Shown here: positions 27,686 through 37,061 of the stretch, one piece after another
How positions within the stretch are numbered: the first letter of the stretch is position 1
How the letters are laid out: every line of letters begins with the position of its first letter
Source: Alphaproteobacteria bacterium
GTDB lineage: Bacteria > Pseudomonadota > Alphaproteobacteria > GCA-2731375
NCBI GenBank assembly: GCA_965232515.1
Contig: CBDDPY010000002.1
Span: forward strand, 384,001 to 448,000
DNA: 64,000 bases
Direction: 5' to 3'
Notes under the pieces: model-generated
Seen by the model: the letters and a program-made list of their open reading frames with translations, nothing else
The model's database searches: none
What the model was told of the DNA's origin: nothing
Position numbers and translations under genes: made by a program

Positions 27686-30600
27686 ATGAAAGCAGTATTC
27701 GGTACCCTGATCGCGGCAACCCTGTTGTTGACCGGCACGGCGGCGCTGGCTGCCAGCGGCGAAAGCCCGCGCAGCGTCACCTATTCCGTCACCCCGCCGG
27801 CGCCACGCGGACAGGCGCCTTCCGAGGCGGCCAAGAAGAGCCTCGGCTGCATGAGCTGCCACACCGAGACCGACTCGGCCACCATGCACAACAACCCTGC
27901 CGTCGTGCTGGGTTGCACGGACTGCCATGGCGGCGATGCGACCGTCATGCGGCCGCCGGGCACCGTCTATGCCGACGACAGCTATCGCCGGGCGCTCGAC
28001 CAGGCGCATGTCCAGCCGCGGTTCCCCGAGACCTGGGGCTATCCGTCGAGCGCCACGCCGCCGCGCACATATTCGATCCTGAACCGGGAAGCGCCGGAAT
28101 ACATCCGCTTCATCAATCCGGCCGATTACCGGATCGCGCGCGAGGCCTGCGGCGCTTGCCATCTGTCGGATATCCATGCCACCGAACGCAGCCTGATGTC
28201 GACGGGCGCCATGCTGTGGGGCGGCGCCGCCTACAACAACGGCATCCTGCCCTACAAGAACTACATCGTCGGCGAAGCCTATACGCGCGAAGGCGTGCCG
28301 GCCGGCGTCGTCAGCCCGAATGCCGACAAGCTGACGCCATCGATGCTGCGCCGGGGTCTGTTGCCGCAACTCGTGCCACTGCCGGCCTTCGAGGTGACGG
28401 TGCCGGGCGACGTTTTCCGCGTGTTCGAACGCGGCGGCCGCAATATCCTGAATCTGTTCCCGGAGATCGCAAATCCGAACAGTCTGGGTCAGCTGCAGCG
28501 CCTGGAAGAGCCGGGCCGGCCTGACTTGCGGCAATCGAACCGCGGTCCCGCCACGGGCCTCAGGATCTCGGTGCCGATCCTCAACGTCCACAAGACGCGA
28601 CTGAACGATCCGTTCATGTGGTTCATGGGCACCAACGATCAGCCGGGCGACTACCGTTCCTCGGGCTGCGCCGGCTGCCACGTGATCTACGCCAACGACC
28701 GCGACCCGATCCATTCCGGTCCCTATGCGGTCTACGGCAACGAGGGCAAGAGCCACTCCGTCGACCCGACCATTCCGAAGAACCGGTCGGGCCATCCGAT
28801 CAAGCACGAGTTCACGCGCGCCATTCCGACCTCGCAGTGCATGCCCTGCCACATGCACCAGCCGAACATCTTCCTGAACTCCTATCTCGGCTACACCATG
28901 TGGGACTACGAGTCCGACGCGCCGGCGATGTGGCCGGAGCAGCAGAAGTATCCGAGCCATTCCGAGATGTTCGAGACGCTGTCCCGCAATCCCGAGGAAG
29001 CGGCGATCCGCGGCAAGTGGAGCGACGTCGAGTTCACCAAGAAGGTCAGCGAGCTCAACCCGACCCTGAACGCCACCCAGTTCGCCGATTACCACGGTCA
29101 CGGCTGGAATTTCCGCGGCATCTTCAAGAAGGACCGCAAGGGCAACCTGCTGGATGCCGAGGGCAAGATCGTCGAGCCGGACGATCCCGAAAAATTCAAG
29201 AAGGCCGTGCATATGAAGTCGATCCATGCCGAGGTCGGCATGCAATGCGTCGACTGCCATTTCGAGGGCGATACCCACGGCAACGGCTATATCTACGGCG
29301 AGGTCGCGCCGGCCATCGAAATCCGTTGCAAGGATTGCCACGGCACCGTCGATACCGCGCCGCCGCTGACTACCAGCGGCCCGGCCGCGGCGCCGGGTGG
29401 CCGGCCGCTGGGGCTGCTGCGCCAGGCCGATGGCCGCAAGCGCTTCGAGTATCGCGGCACCGAATGCGACAAGCCGCGCAACGAGCCCCGCGACTGCCGC
29501 CTCTATCAGCGTTCGGCCGTCTGGCCGGACCTGGAATGGGAAGTCTCGCTGCTGCGCGACAACGTCGATCCCAGCCATCCGACCTACAACGAGAAGTCGG
29601 CGCGGGCGAAGCTGATGTCAGAGGGCACCTCGATGGAATGGGGCCCGGGCGTCAAGAAGGAAGATCTGGCGCATAAAGACGACGAGATGATGTGCTTCAC
29701 CTGCCATCTCTCCTGGACCACGTCGTGCGCCGGCTGTCACCTGCCGATCCAGGCCAACTGGAAGACCGAACGGCATCGCTACGAGGGCGGCGAGACCCGC
29801 AACTTCGCGACCTATAATCCGCAGGTCGCCCGCGACCAGATGTTCCAGCTCGGCCGTCACAGCCCGGTCAAGGGCAGCGCCATCACGCCGATCCGCTCGA
29901 GCTCCGCGCTGGTGCTCTCGTCGCGCAACATCAACCGCGAGCTGATCTATATCCAGCAGCCGCCGGTGGCCGCCAGCGGCCATTCCAGTCAGGCCTTCGC
30001 GCCGCACTTCCCACACACGGCGCGCAAGACCGAGACCAAGACCTGCTCCGACTGCCATTTGAGCGAAGAGAACGACAACAACGCGATCATGGCGCAGCTC
30101 CTGCTGCACGGGACCAACTTCGTGAACTTCGTCGGCTACAACGCCTGGGTCGGCGGCGAGGGCGGTTTCGAGGCCGTGCGCGTCACCGAGTGGGACGAGC
30201 CGCAGGCCGTGATTGGCAGCTACCTTCACCGCTACGCCTACCCCGATTGGTATGCCGAGCATCAGGCGCGCGATCGCAAGCTCTACGAGAGCTACTCCCA
30301 GGGCGGCGCCATCGCCTCCTGTCTGCAGCTGCGCGGCGAGTACCTCTATGTGGCCGAGGGGCCGGACGGCATGCAGGCCTATGACGTCGCCAGCATCGCC
30401 AACAAGGGCCACTCCGACAAGATTATCAAGGCGCCGTTCAGCCAGATGGGCCACAACACGCGCATTGCCAGCAAGAATGCGACGTGCGTGGTGCTGCCGA
30501 CCAACCAGCCGATCCATCCGGACCGTATCGACTCGGATCCGGAACGGGCCAAGCTGATGTACGAGGACAACCTCGAGCAGCCATTCCATCCGATCTACGA

Positions 30601-31546
30601 CTACGCCTTCATCACCGATTCCGAGGAAGGCCTGATCCTGACCGACGTCAACACGCTGTCGGACGGCCTGCCGCGCAACAACTTTTTCACCCGCGCGCTG
30701 ACCTGGAACGAGGGCGGCGTGCTGAACGGCGCCCGGCACCTGACCATCGCCGGCTATTATTTCTACATCGCCGCCGACGCCGGCGTTGTCGTGCTGAACA
30801 TGAACGATCCGCTGCAGCCCAAGGTCGTCGACGTGCTGCCGATGGATGACGTGCGCGCCACAGCCCTGCAGTTCCGCTATCTGTTCGTGACCGACCGCGA
30901 TGGCCTGAAGGTGGTCGACGTCACCAATCCCGAAGCACCTCGGCTGGTCCAGGGCGCCGTCGTGCCGCTGGCCGATGCGCAACGGATCTACGTGGCCCGC
31001 ACCTACGCTTATGTCGCCGCCAAGCAGGACGGTCTGGTCATCGTCGATGTCGAGAACCCGGAAAAGCCTGTCCTGTTCACCAAGTTCACGGCGGACGGCA
31101 GGATCAATGACGCCTACGACGTCGTGGTTGGCTCGACCAACGCCTCGCTCTATGCCTATGTCGCCGACGGCGCCAATGGCCTCAAGGTCGTGCATCTGAC
31201 CGCGCCCGACAAACAGCCGCGCTTCTACGGTTTCAGCCCCGAGCCGGTGCCGGAGCTGATTGCTTGGTGGCCGACCAAATGGCCGGCGATCGCGCTCTCC
31301 AAGGGCCTGGACCGCGACCGCGGCGTCGACGAGACCGGCGGCCAGATGGCCATCTTCGGCCGGCTCGGCTCGCGTCCGCTCAACCTCGAGGAGCAGCGCC
31401 GCTTCTATCTCGACAAGAACGGCGATCCCTGGACGGTGACGGACGAGATCGACCGCCGCCGCTTCGTGCCGGCCGGCCAGCGCCGCAGTGCCGGTACTGG
31501 CGATGGCCGCCGGGCCGAGGCCGAGCCGTCCGTCACTGCCAACTGA
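27686..31546 (+). CDS. Large exported decaheme c-type cytochrome with C-terminal LVIVD-repeat beta-propeller
   Basis: Sec signal; 10 CxxCH (CMSCH, CTDCH, CGACH, CAGCH, CMPCH, CVDCH, CKDCH, CFTCH, CAGCH, CSDCH); repeats such as YAYVAAKQDGLVIVDVENP and YLFVTDRDGLKVVDVTNP. Confidence 0.88.
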   Translation: MKAVFGTLIAATLLLTGTAALAASGESPRSVTYSVTPPAPRGQAPSEAAKKSLGCMSCHTETDSATMHNNPAVVLGCTDCHGGDATVMRPPGTVYADDSYRRALDQAHVQPRFPETWGYPSSATPPRTYSILNREAPEYIRFINPADYRIAREACGACHLSDIHATERSLMSTGAMLWGGAAYNNGILPYKNYIVGEAYTREGVPAGVVSPNADKLTPSMLRRGLLPQLVPLPAFEVTVPGDVFRVFERGGRNILNLFPEIANPNSLGQLQRLEEPGRPDLRQSNRGPATGLRISVPILNVHKTRLNDPFMWFMGTNDQPGDYRSSGCAGCHVIYANDRDPIHSGPYAVYGNEGKSHSVDPTIPKNRSGHPIKHEFTRAIPTSQCMPCHMHQPNIFLNSYLGYTMWDYESDAPAMWPEQQKYPSHSEMFETLSRNPEEAAIRGKWSDVEFTKKVSELNPTLNATQFADYHGHGWNFRGIFKKDRKGNLLDAEGKIVEPDDPEKFKKAVHMKSIHAEVGMQCVDCHFEGDTHGNGYIYGEVAPAIEIRCKDCHGTVDTAPPLTTSGPAAAPGGRPLGLLRQADGRKRFEYRGTECDKPRNEPRDCRLYQRSAVWPDLEWEVSLLRDNVDPSHPTYNEKSARAKLMSEGTSMEWGPGVKKEDLAHKDDEMMCFTCHLSWTTSCAGCHLPIQANWKTERHRYEGGETRNFATYNPQVARDQMFQLGRHSPVKGSAITPIRSSSALVLSSRNINRELIYIQQPPVAASGHSSQAFAPHFPHTARKTETKTCSDCHLSEENDNNAIMAQLLLHGTNFVNFVGYNAWVGGEGGFEAVRVTEWDEPQAVIGSYLHRYAYPDWYAEHQARDRKLYESYSQGGAIASCLQLRGEYLYVAEGPDGMQAYDVASIANKGHSDKIIKAPFSQMGHNTRIASKNATCVVLPTNQPIHPDRIDSDPERAKLMYEDNLEQPFHPIYDYAFITDSEEGLILTDVNTLSDGLPRNNFFTRALTWNEGGVLNGARHLTIAGYYFYIAADAGVVVLNMNDPLQPKVVDVLPMDDVRATALQFRYLFVTDRDGLKVVDVTNPEAPRLVQGAVVPLADAQRIYVARTYAYVAAKQDGLVIVDVENPEKPVLFTKFTADGRINDAYDVVVGSTNASLYAYVADGANGLKVVHLTAPDKQPRFYGFSPEPVPELIAWWPTKWPAIALSKGLDRDRGVDETGGQMAIFGRLGSRPLNLEEQRRFYLDKNGDPWTVTDEIDRRRFVPAGQRRSAGTGDGRRAEAEPSVTAN

Positions 31547-31663
31547 GGCGAAATTCCACCGACTGCTGGTTTGTCGTTGACTTGCCGGCCGGATGGCGGG
31601 CATTCTCCGCGCCCGTCGCGGTGACGGCTTGGCGCGCACGCGCTTGAGAAGCGGAGAACGCAG

Positions 31664-31714
31664 ATGACGTTGGCAATCTCATTTTCCCGGAAGGACCGGC
31701 CCGCCGCGCCGTAA
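31664..31714 (+). CDS. Candidate leader peptide MTLAISFSRKDRPAAP
   Basis: GGAG RBS; ends in Pro-stop about 30 nt upstream of an intrinsic terminator. Confidence 0.4.
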   Translation: MTLAISFSRKDRPAAP

Positions 31715-31745
31715 CGACGCACGCAATCCGCTGTGCCGACGAACG

Positions 31746-31775
31746 CTCCCGGGCCACCGCCGCGGGAGTTTTTTT
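31746..31775 (+). terminator. Rho-independent terminator / attenuator
   Basis: CTCCCGGGC-CACC-GCCGCGGGAG hairpin followed by 7 T. Confidence 0.7.
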
Positions 31776-31845
31776 GTGCCCGATCCGTCCATTGATGGTT
31801 CGGCGTCCGGCCGTCGGTATGGGCGGCGAATTGGAAAGTACCCGC

Positions 31846-31914
31846 ATGACCTTAACGAACGCGATGACGCAACGACGAAGAGGAATCGGCAGGCGCCCGC
31901 CGCGCCGCCCGTAG
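31846..31914 (+). CDS. Candidate leader peptide MTLTNAMTQRRRGIGRRPPRRP
   Basis: GGAAAG upstream; Arg/Pro-rich, ends in Pro-stop 42 nt before the next gene. Confidence 0.3.
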   Translation: MTLTNAMTQRRRGIGRRPPRRP

Positions 31915-31956
31915 GTTAGCGCCCGCATCGGTGCATCGGCCTCCGGGCAGGCGGCA

Positions 31957-32976
31957 ATGGCGCTCGGGAGTGGACCGATGTGGGAACATGATGTGCGGCA
32001 GGCGTTCGCGCGGCTGCCGAAGAGCGCGATGCCGTTCGACTATTTTGAAGACCGCTACGCCCTGATGCTGCTGCACGACGCGCTGCCCGGCGAGGTGCCG
32101 ATCCGCGCCCTCCGCACGTCCCGCTATGCGCGACTGCTCAAGCGTCCTCCGGTTGAGGCGCTGATCCGTGCCAACGGCAATGGCCGGCTTGGCCCTGCCG
32201 ATCTCGGGCGCGCGCGGGCAGATCGGATCCTCAGCTACGAGTTGACGCTGGGTTTGTGGGGCCCAAGGCGGCGTCGACACTGGGATCGCAGCAAACATCA
32301 GATGCTCCGCCCCGGACGAAACATGGTGTTGCAGCTCAACTTCTCGGCATCGGATGTGCGCGACTACCGCAGTCTTGTTCAGCCGAAGCGGATTTACCTC
32401 ATGCAGCGCTACGGTCATCCGGTGGCGCGCCGTGGCTATCACACTCTTGCCTGGGCGCGGATTGACCTCGATCTGGACGGGCGGGAGGCGCTGATCGAGG
32501 AAATTCAGACCGACTGGGTTCGTGAGGCGCACCGTGTTCTGGCATGGCCCAGATACAAACGGGCATCCATGGCGGGTCATCGACATCGGATCGAGACCTA
32601 TGTCGAGCATGTTCTCCGTCCGCACGCGCTGATGTGGGACGAGGCGATGATGGCGGCTACGATCGAGGTTCTGCGTCGTTGCATGAAGATTCGTCGGATC
32701 TACTACTACGACTTCGAGACCGGTAATCGTTGCAAGGGGATCGGCCGGCGCGGGGCGAAACCGCCACGCTCGCTGTACACCGACCTGCCGCGCCGCTTCG
32801 GCTTCGAGCGGGGCGAATCCATACCGGCTTTCGCGTCCTCTGAGTTCAGCGGCAGGCTTTGGGAGGTGTTTAAGGACCAACCGCCCGTGTTCTGGCAATT
32901 GCCGCCGGCGCCGGACCCAGAGTTGATGGCAATCAGAAGCGGACCGAAAAGATCAACCCGCCGGATGGCGGGCTGA
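31957..32976 (+). CDS. Hypothetical protein
   Basis: 339 aa with protein-like composition and motif-like blocks (LQLNFS, LAWARIDLD, LIEEIQTDW). Confidence 0.7.
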   Translation: MALGSGPMWEHDVRQAFARLPKSAMPFDYFEDRYALMLLHDALPGEVPIRALRTSRYARLLKRPPVEALIRANGNGRLGPADLGRARADRILSYELTLGLWGPRRRRHWDRSKHQMLRPGRNMVLQLNFSASDVRDYRSLVQPKRIYLMQRYGHPVARRGYHTLAWARIDLDLDGREALIEEIQTDWVREAHRVLAWPRYKRASMAGHRHRIETYVEHVLRPHALMWDEAMMAATIEVLRRCMKIRRIYYYDFETGNRCKGIGRRGAKPPRSLYTDLPRRFGFERGESIPAFASSEFSGRLWEVFKDQPPVFWQLPPAPDPELMAIRSGPKRSTRRMAG

Positions 32977-33017
32977 TCGGGTCGGCATTCGGCGCCGCTG
33001 GCGGCGCGCGGGTTGGC

Positions 33018-34376
33018 TTACTTCGGCACCGAGGCCTGGAACTTGGTCAAGGCCGCGACGAACCCTTGCGGCTTGTATTCCTCATCCTTGGCCACGGCGT
33101 CGTAAAGCCCGTTGACGGCCTTGTTCATGGCGTCGAGCTGGCCGCCGTCGACATAGCCGGCATTGCCCATGGCGTTGATGATGGCCGAGATCGCCATCGT
33201 CGCCTGCTCGGCGGCCGCATATTCGACGTATTCGCCCTTGCGGCCGTCGGTCAGGACGCCGTTCAACAGGGCCTGCATGGTCTCCTTGTTGAACTTATGC
33301 TTGGCGAAGACAGTCACCAGACGGTCGGAAATCTCCTTCACCTTGGCGGCGGCCGTCGCCATTTCCTTCGGGCCCTGCGTCGACGCCTTGTGCATCGCCA
33401 GGCCGGCGTCCCGCAGGCCCTTGCCGCTGTCGGGATCGATCTGCCGCGCCAGGATGTAGAGCATGATCATGTTGGCGTCGTTGATCTTCGGCACGCCCGG
33501 GCCGAGGCCGGTGGAGGCCCGCGGTTGCCAGCGCAGATTGCTCATCGGGTGATGGCAGGCGTGGCAGTCGAACAGCACCAGCTCGGGGAAGATGCCGTCG
33601 CGGCCCCGCTTCGGATCCATCATCGCGTCCATCATCTCGGACAGCGCCACGGCCTGGCCGATGGCCCAGGTCTGCACGCCGTTCGAGACCTGCTTGCGCT
33701 TGCGGTAGTCGGCGTCGACCTTGTAGTGCGCCGGCTGCACGGCCGTGAAGGTATCGAGCTCGAAGGCCATGCGCGGATGGCCGGCGCCCATGATGCGGTG
33801 CGTGACGAACTTCTTGTCCACGCCGAAATGGCACGACAGGCACAGTTTGGCGCGCGCGATCGGCTCCTCGGTCGGATAGAGGCCGGCCGCGATGTTGTCG
33901 GCATGCGTCGCGGTGCCGGACACGTGCAGGCCGAGCCAGCGCACGGCGCCGCCGTGACAGGCCTCGCAGCCGACGCCGTCGCTGATCTGGAAGGTCTTGC
34001 CGCGCAGGTTTTGGGGTGGATTGTTGGCATGGCAGTCGAGGCAGAGGTCCGCCGTGTGCGCGTCCTTCAGCCCGAGATTGGCGGCGATCCGCTTGGATTG
34101 CTCGTTCAGCAGAACCGCATAGGCCTTGGCGTGCTTATCGTTCTTCTGCCAGGTGATGTATTCGTTCTGCAGAACCGTCGAGTCGGGCCAGGTCTGCACC
34201 GAGCCGTGACAGGTGCTGCCGGCGCAGGTGACCACGCCCAAATGCGTATCTTTCGCATATTGCGGCAGCACGGGGTCGGCGGCGTTGGCGGGCAGGGCGG
34301 CTAGCATGCCCCCCGTCACGAACATAGCCACGACCGTATCCCTGATGGCTGATCGCCATCCGTAAAGAATCGCCAT
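33018..34376 (-). CDS. Exported multiheme cytochrome c (c554/c552-like)
   Basis: Signal peptide; CLDCH, CEACH, CLSCH, CHACH plus atypical CAGSTCH (CX4CH); helical C-terminal half. Confidence 0.85.
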   Translation of the reverse strand: MAILYGWRSAIRDTVVAMFVTGGMLAALPANAADPVLPQYAKDTHLGVVTCAGSTCHGSVQTWPDSTVLQNEYITWQKNDKHAKAYAVLLNEQSKRIAANLGLKDAHTADLCLDCHANNPPQNLRGKTFQISDGVGCEACHGGAVRWLGLHVSGTATHADNIAAGLYPTEEPIARAKLCLSCHFGVDKKFVTHRIMGAGHPRMAFELDTFTAVQPAHYKVDADYRKRKQVSNGVQTWAIGQAVALSEMMDAMMDPKRGRDGIFPELVLFDCHACHHPMSNLRWQPRASTGLGPGVPKINDANMIMLYILARQIDPDSGKGLRDAGLAMHKASTQGPKEMATAAAKVKEISDRLVTVFAKHKFNKETMQALLNGVLTDGRKGEYVEYAAAEQATMAISAIINAMGNAGYVDGGQLDAMNKAVNGLYDAVAKDEEYKPQGFVAALTKFQASVPK

Positions 34377-34526
34377 CCTCTGAAGCCTCCCCCTTCCGAA
34401 TCACGCCTCCAGTTTATATTGAGAATTATGGAATCTCGATGATAGGCAGGTAAACCCTCGTCTCGGCAAATTAGCGAATTCGCGGGATGCCATCGGGGGT
34501 TGAGTACGAGCACTCGCGCCAGGAAA

Positions 34527-34931
34527 TCAGTTCTCTTCGTCGTGCGCGCCGCGTTCGCGGGCCATGTTTTGTAGCTGCATCAGCGCACCACGGACCTCGG
34601 CGTCATTGGGCATGATCTGCGATGCGCGGCTATAGGCGGCGACGGCCTCGGTCAATCGCCCCATCGCCATCATCGAGCGGCCCAGCATCTTCCAGCCCTC
34701 GCCGTCGTCGGGATCCGCCAACAGGCGCTGGCGCAACGCCTCGACCCGGGCCTCGATCTCGGCCTGGGTCGGCCGGGTGTTGTTGGCCGGGGCGGTCGCC
34801 GCTGGTGTGGCCGGCGTCGCCGCCGGCGTGATCGGAAAGCTGGTCGGGCGCGTCAGCAGGGCCGCCGCGGCCAGCGATCCGGCCACCGAGACAACGGCCA
34901 ACAGGCCGATCAGAAAATTGTTGGCGTTCAT
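34527..34931 (-). CDS. Membrane-anchored TPR protein, CycH/CcmI-like
   Basis: N-terminal TM; RLLADPDDGEGWKMLGRSMMAMGRLTEAVAAYSRA matches the CycH/CcmH TPR pattern. Confidence 0.7.
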   Translation of the reverse strand: MNANNFLIGLLAVVSVAGSLAAAALLTRPTSFPITPAATPATPAATAPANNTRPTQAEIEARVEALRQRLLADPDDGEGWKMLGRSMMAMGRLTEAVAAYSRASQIMPNDAEVRGALMQLQNMARERGAHDEEN

Positions 34932-35012
34932 CTTCGCTCGTCTCAGATTCGCGCGAACATACCACGCGGACGGCTTGGTCTTTCAAGCGACCGATGCCAG
35001 GGTGGGGCCGTA

Positions 35013-35768
35013 ATGCCCGACACGCTGACGCTCCTTACCAACCTGATGCCGGTCGTCGCCGCGCCGTTTATCGGCAGCTTCCTGACGACGGCCGCGCTGC
35101 GTTCGGCGACGGCGCAGCCGGTGGTCTGGGGACGCTCGGCCTGCCCGGCCTGCCATCAGCGACTGGGGCCGATAGATCTGTTGCCGGTGCTGAGCTGGCT
35201 GGCGACGCGTGGCCAGTGCCGTTATTGCCGGGCGCGGGTGTCGGTATTCTATCCGGCCGTTGAGGTCGCCGCGCTCTCGGTCGCTGCCTGGGCCGCTCTG
35301 TGGCTGGATGGTCCGGGCCTGTGGATTGCCTGCGGCCTCGGCTGGCTGCTGCTGCTCCTGGCGGCGATCGATTGGCGCTATCGCTTGTTGCCCGACGCAC
35401 TGACGCTGTCCTTGGGGATTTTCGGCCTGCTGATCGCCACCGTCGACGGCCGGATCGCGGACGCGGCGATTGGCGCCGCTGTCGGACTGTCGGTCTTTGC
35501 CGCCGTGCGCTGGCTCTATGCCCGGATCCGCCGGCGCGAGGGTCTAGGCCTGGGCGATGTGAAGCTTATTGCGGCGGCCGGCACATGGGTCGGCTGGGCC
35601 GGCCTGCCCAGCCTCGTGCTGATCGCATCGCTTGCGGCGCTTGCCGTGGTCGGTATCGGCGCCGTGGGCGGTCGGCGCGTCCGTCCCGATGACGCCGTGC
35701 CGTTCGGCAGCTATCTGGCTTTCGGCTGTTGGATCGTCTGGCTGCACGGCCCGCTGCGCTTCGCCTAG
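35013..35768 (+). CDS. gspO: Prepilin peptidase (A24)
   Basis: GSFL, RSACPAC, GQCRYC, IDWRYRLLPD, GLGDVKL, VPFG. Confidence 0.9.
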   Translation: MPDTLTLLTNLMPVVAAPFIGSFLTTAALRSATAQPVVWGRSACPACHQRLGPIDLLPVLSWLATRGQCRYCRARVSVFYPAVEVAALSVAAWAALWLDGPGLWIACGLGWLLLLLAAIDWRYRLLPDALTLSLGIFGLLIATVDGRIADAAIGAAVGLSVFAAVRWLYARIRRREGLGLGDVKLIAAAGTWVGWAGLPSLVLIASLAALAVVGIGAVGGRRVRPDDAVPFGSYLAFGCWIVWLHGPLRFA

Positions 35769-35840
35769 GCCGTCCGCACGGGCTAGAATGCGCCTCGAAA
35801 TTCGGGGAGGTTTCCGGCCGGACGATGCCGGGCTGCTGAG

Positions 35841-37061
35841 ATGCCGATCTTCCAATACAAAGCCGTCGCCCCGTCGGGCGAGGTCACCGAAGGCCGCATG
35901 GAGGCGGCCAGCCGCGACGACGTGATCCGGCGGCTGCAGGCCGACGACTTCGTGCCGATCCGGGCGGACGAGCAGACGGCGGAGGATACGGGCCTCGGCG
36001 CCACGCTGCAGGCCGCGTTGCGACAGCCGATCGGCCGGTCCGGACCATTGCCGCGCGCGCTCGGGCTGTTCACCCACGAGCTTGCGACCCTCCTCGGCGC
36101 CGGCCTCACCGTCGAGCGCGCGCTCGCTATCCTTTCGAGTGTGGCCGGTGGACGATCTTCCGAGCTGGCGTGGGGCCTGCTGCAGCGTCTGCAGGCCGGA
36201 CAGGCGTTGTCCGATGCCATGGCGGCCCGATCCGACCTATTCGGTGGCTTCTACGTGGCCATGGTGCGGGCCGGCGAGGCCGGCGGCGATCTCGCGGCGG
36301 CTTTGTCGCGGCTCGCCGGCTATCTCGAACGCGCGCGCGCCGCCGCCGACAATTTGAAATCGGCGCTGATCTATCCGGCGATCCTGGTGGCTTTCGCCAT
36401 CCTGTCGGTGATGCTGCTGATGACCTTCGTCGTGCCGCAGTTCGAAGTCATGTTCCGCGAGGCCGGCCGCGAGCTACCGACGGCGACGCGGGCTCTGATC
36501 GCCGCCTCCGGATTCATGCGCGACTTCGGCTGGCTGCTGGTGATCGTGCTAGCGATCGTCTGGCTCGCCGCCCGGCAGCGGAAATTCGGCGCCGTCGTCG
36601 ATGGCTATTTGCTCCGGCTGCCGTATCTCGGCCGGCTGATCGCGCGGATCGAGACCGAGCGGTTCGCTCGTGCACTGGGCGCGCTGCTGTCGGGTGGCGT
36701 CGCCCTGCCGCCGGCATTGGATCTCGCCGCGGGCGTGCTGTCCAACCGGGCCATGGCGCGCGCCGCCGCCGAGGTCGCCGCCACGGTCCGCGAGGGCGGT
36801 AGATTTGGCGAGGCAATCACTGACGCCGGCCTGTTCCCGGGCGTCGCCGCCGAGTTGGTGAAGGTGGGCGAGGAGACCGGCCGGCTTGCCGACATGCTCA
36901 TCCGGACCGCCGATATCGAAGCCACCGAACTGGCCGCGAGCCTGCGCCGCCTGGTCGCCGTGGCAGTACCCGGCGTCACCATTCTGTTGGGCCTGTTCGT
37001 GGCCGCGATCATCCTGGCGGTGATGTCGGCCATCCTGGGCGCCTACGATCTGACGCTATGA
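35841..37061 (+). CDS. gspF: Type II secretion inner membrane platform protein F
   Basis: MPIFQYKAV, ELATLLGAG, MVRAGEAGG, SALIYP, GEETGRL. Confidence 0.92.
   Translation: MPIFQYKAVAPSGEVTEGRMEAASRDDVIRRLQADDFVPIRADEQTAEDTGLGATLQAALRQPIGRSGPLPRALGLFTHELATLLGAGLTVERALAILSSVAGGRSSELAWGLLQRLQAGQALSDAMAARSDLFGGFYVAMVRAGEAGGDLAAALSRLAGYLERARAAADNLKSALIYPAILVAFAILSVMLLMTFVVPQFEVMFREAGRELPTATRALIAASGFMRDFGWLLVIVLAIVWLAARQRKFGAVVDGYLLRLPYLGRLIARIETERFARALGALLSGGVALPPALDLAAGVLSNRAMARAAAEVAATVREGGRFGEAITDAGLFPGVAAELVKVGEETGRLADMLIRTADIEATELAASLRRLVAVAVPGVTILLGLFVAAIILAVMSAILGAYDLTL

Noticed and set aside
25757-29578. 1273-aa minus-strand ORF, and similar long antisense ORFs at 4554-6464, 19058-20971, 22136-23401 and 29618-31639
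   Set aside because: Shadow frames of well-supported plus-strand genes; high GC suppresses stop codons, and the translations have no recognisable motifs.
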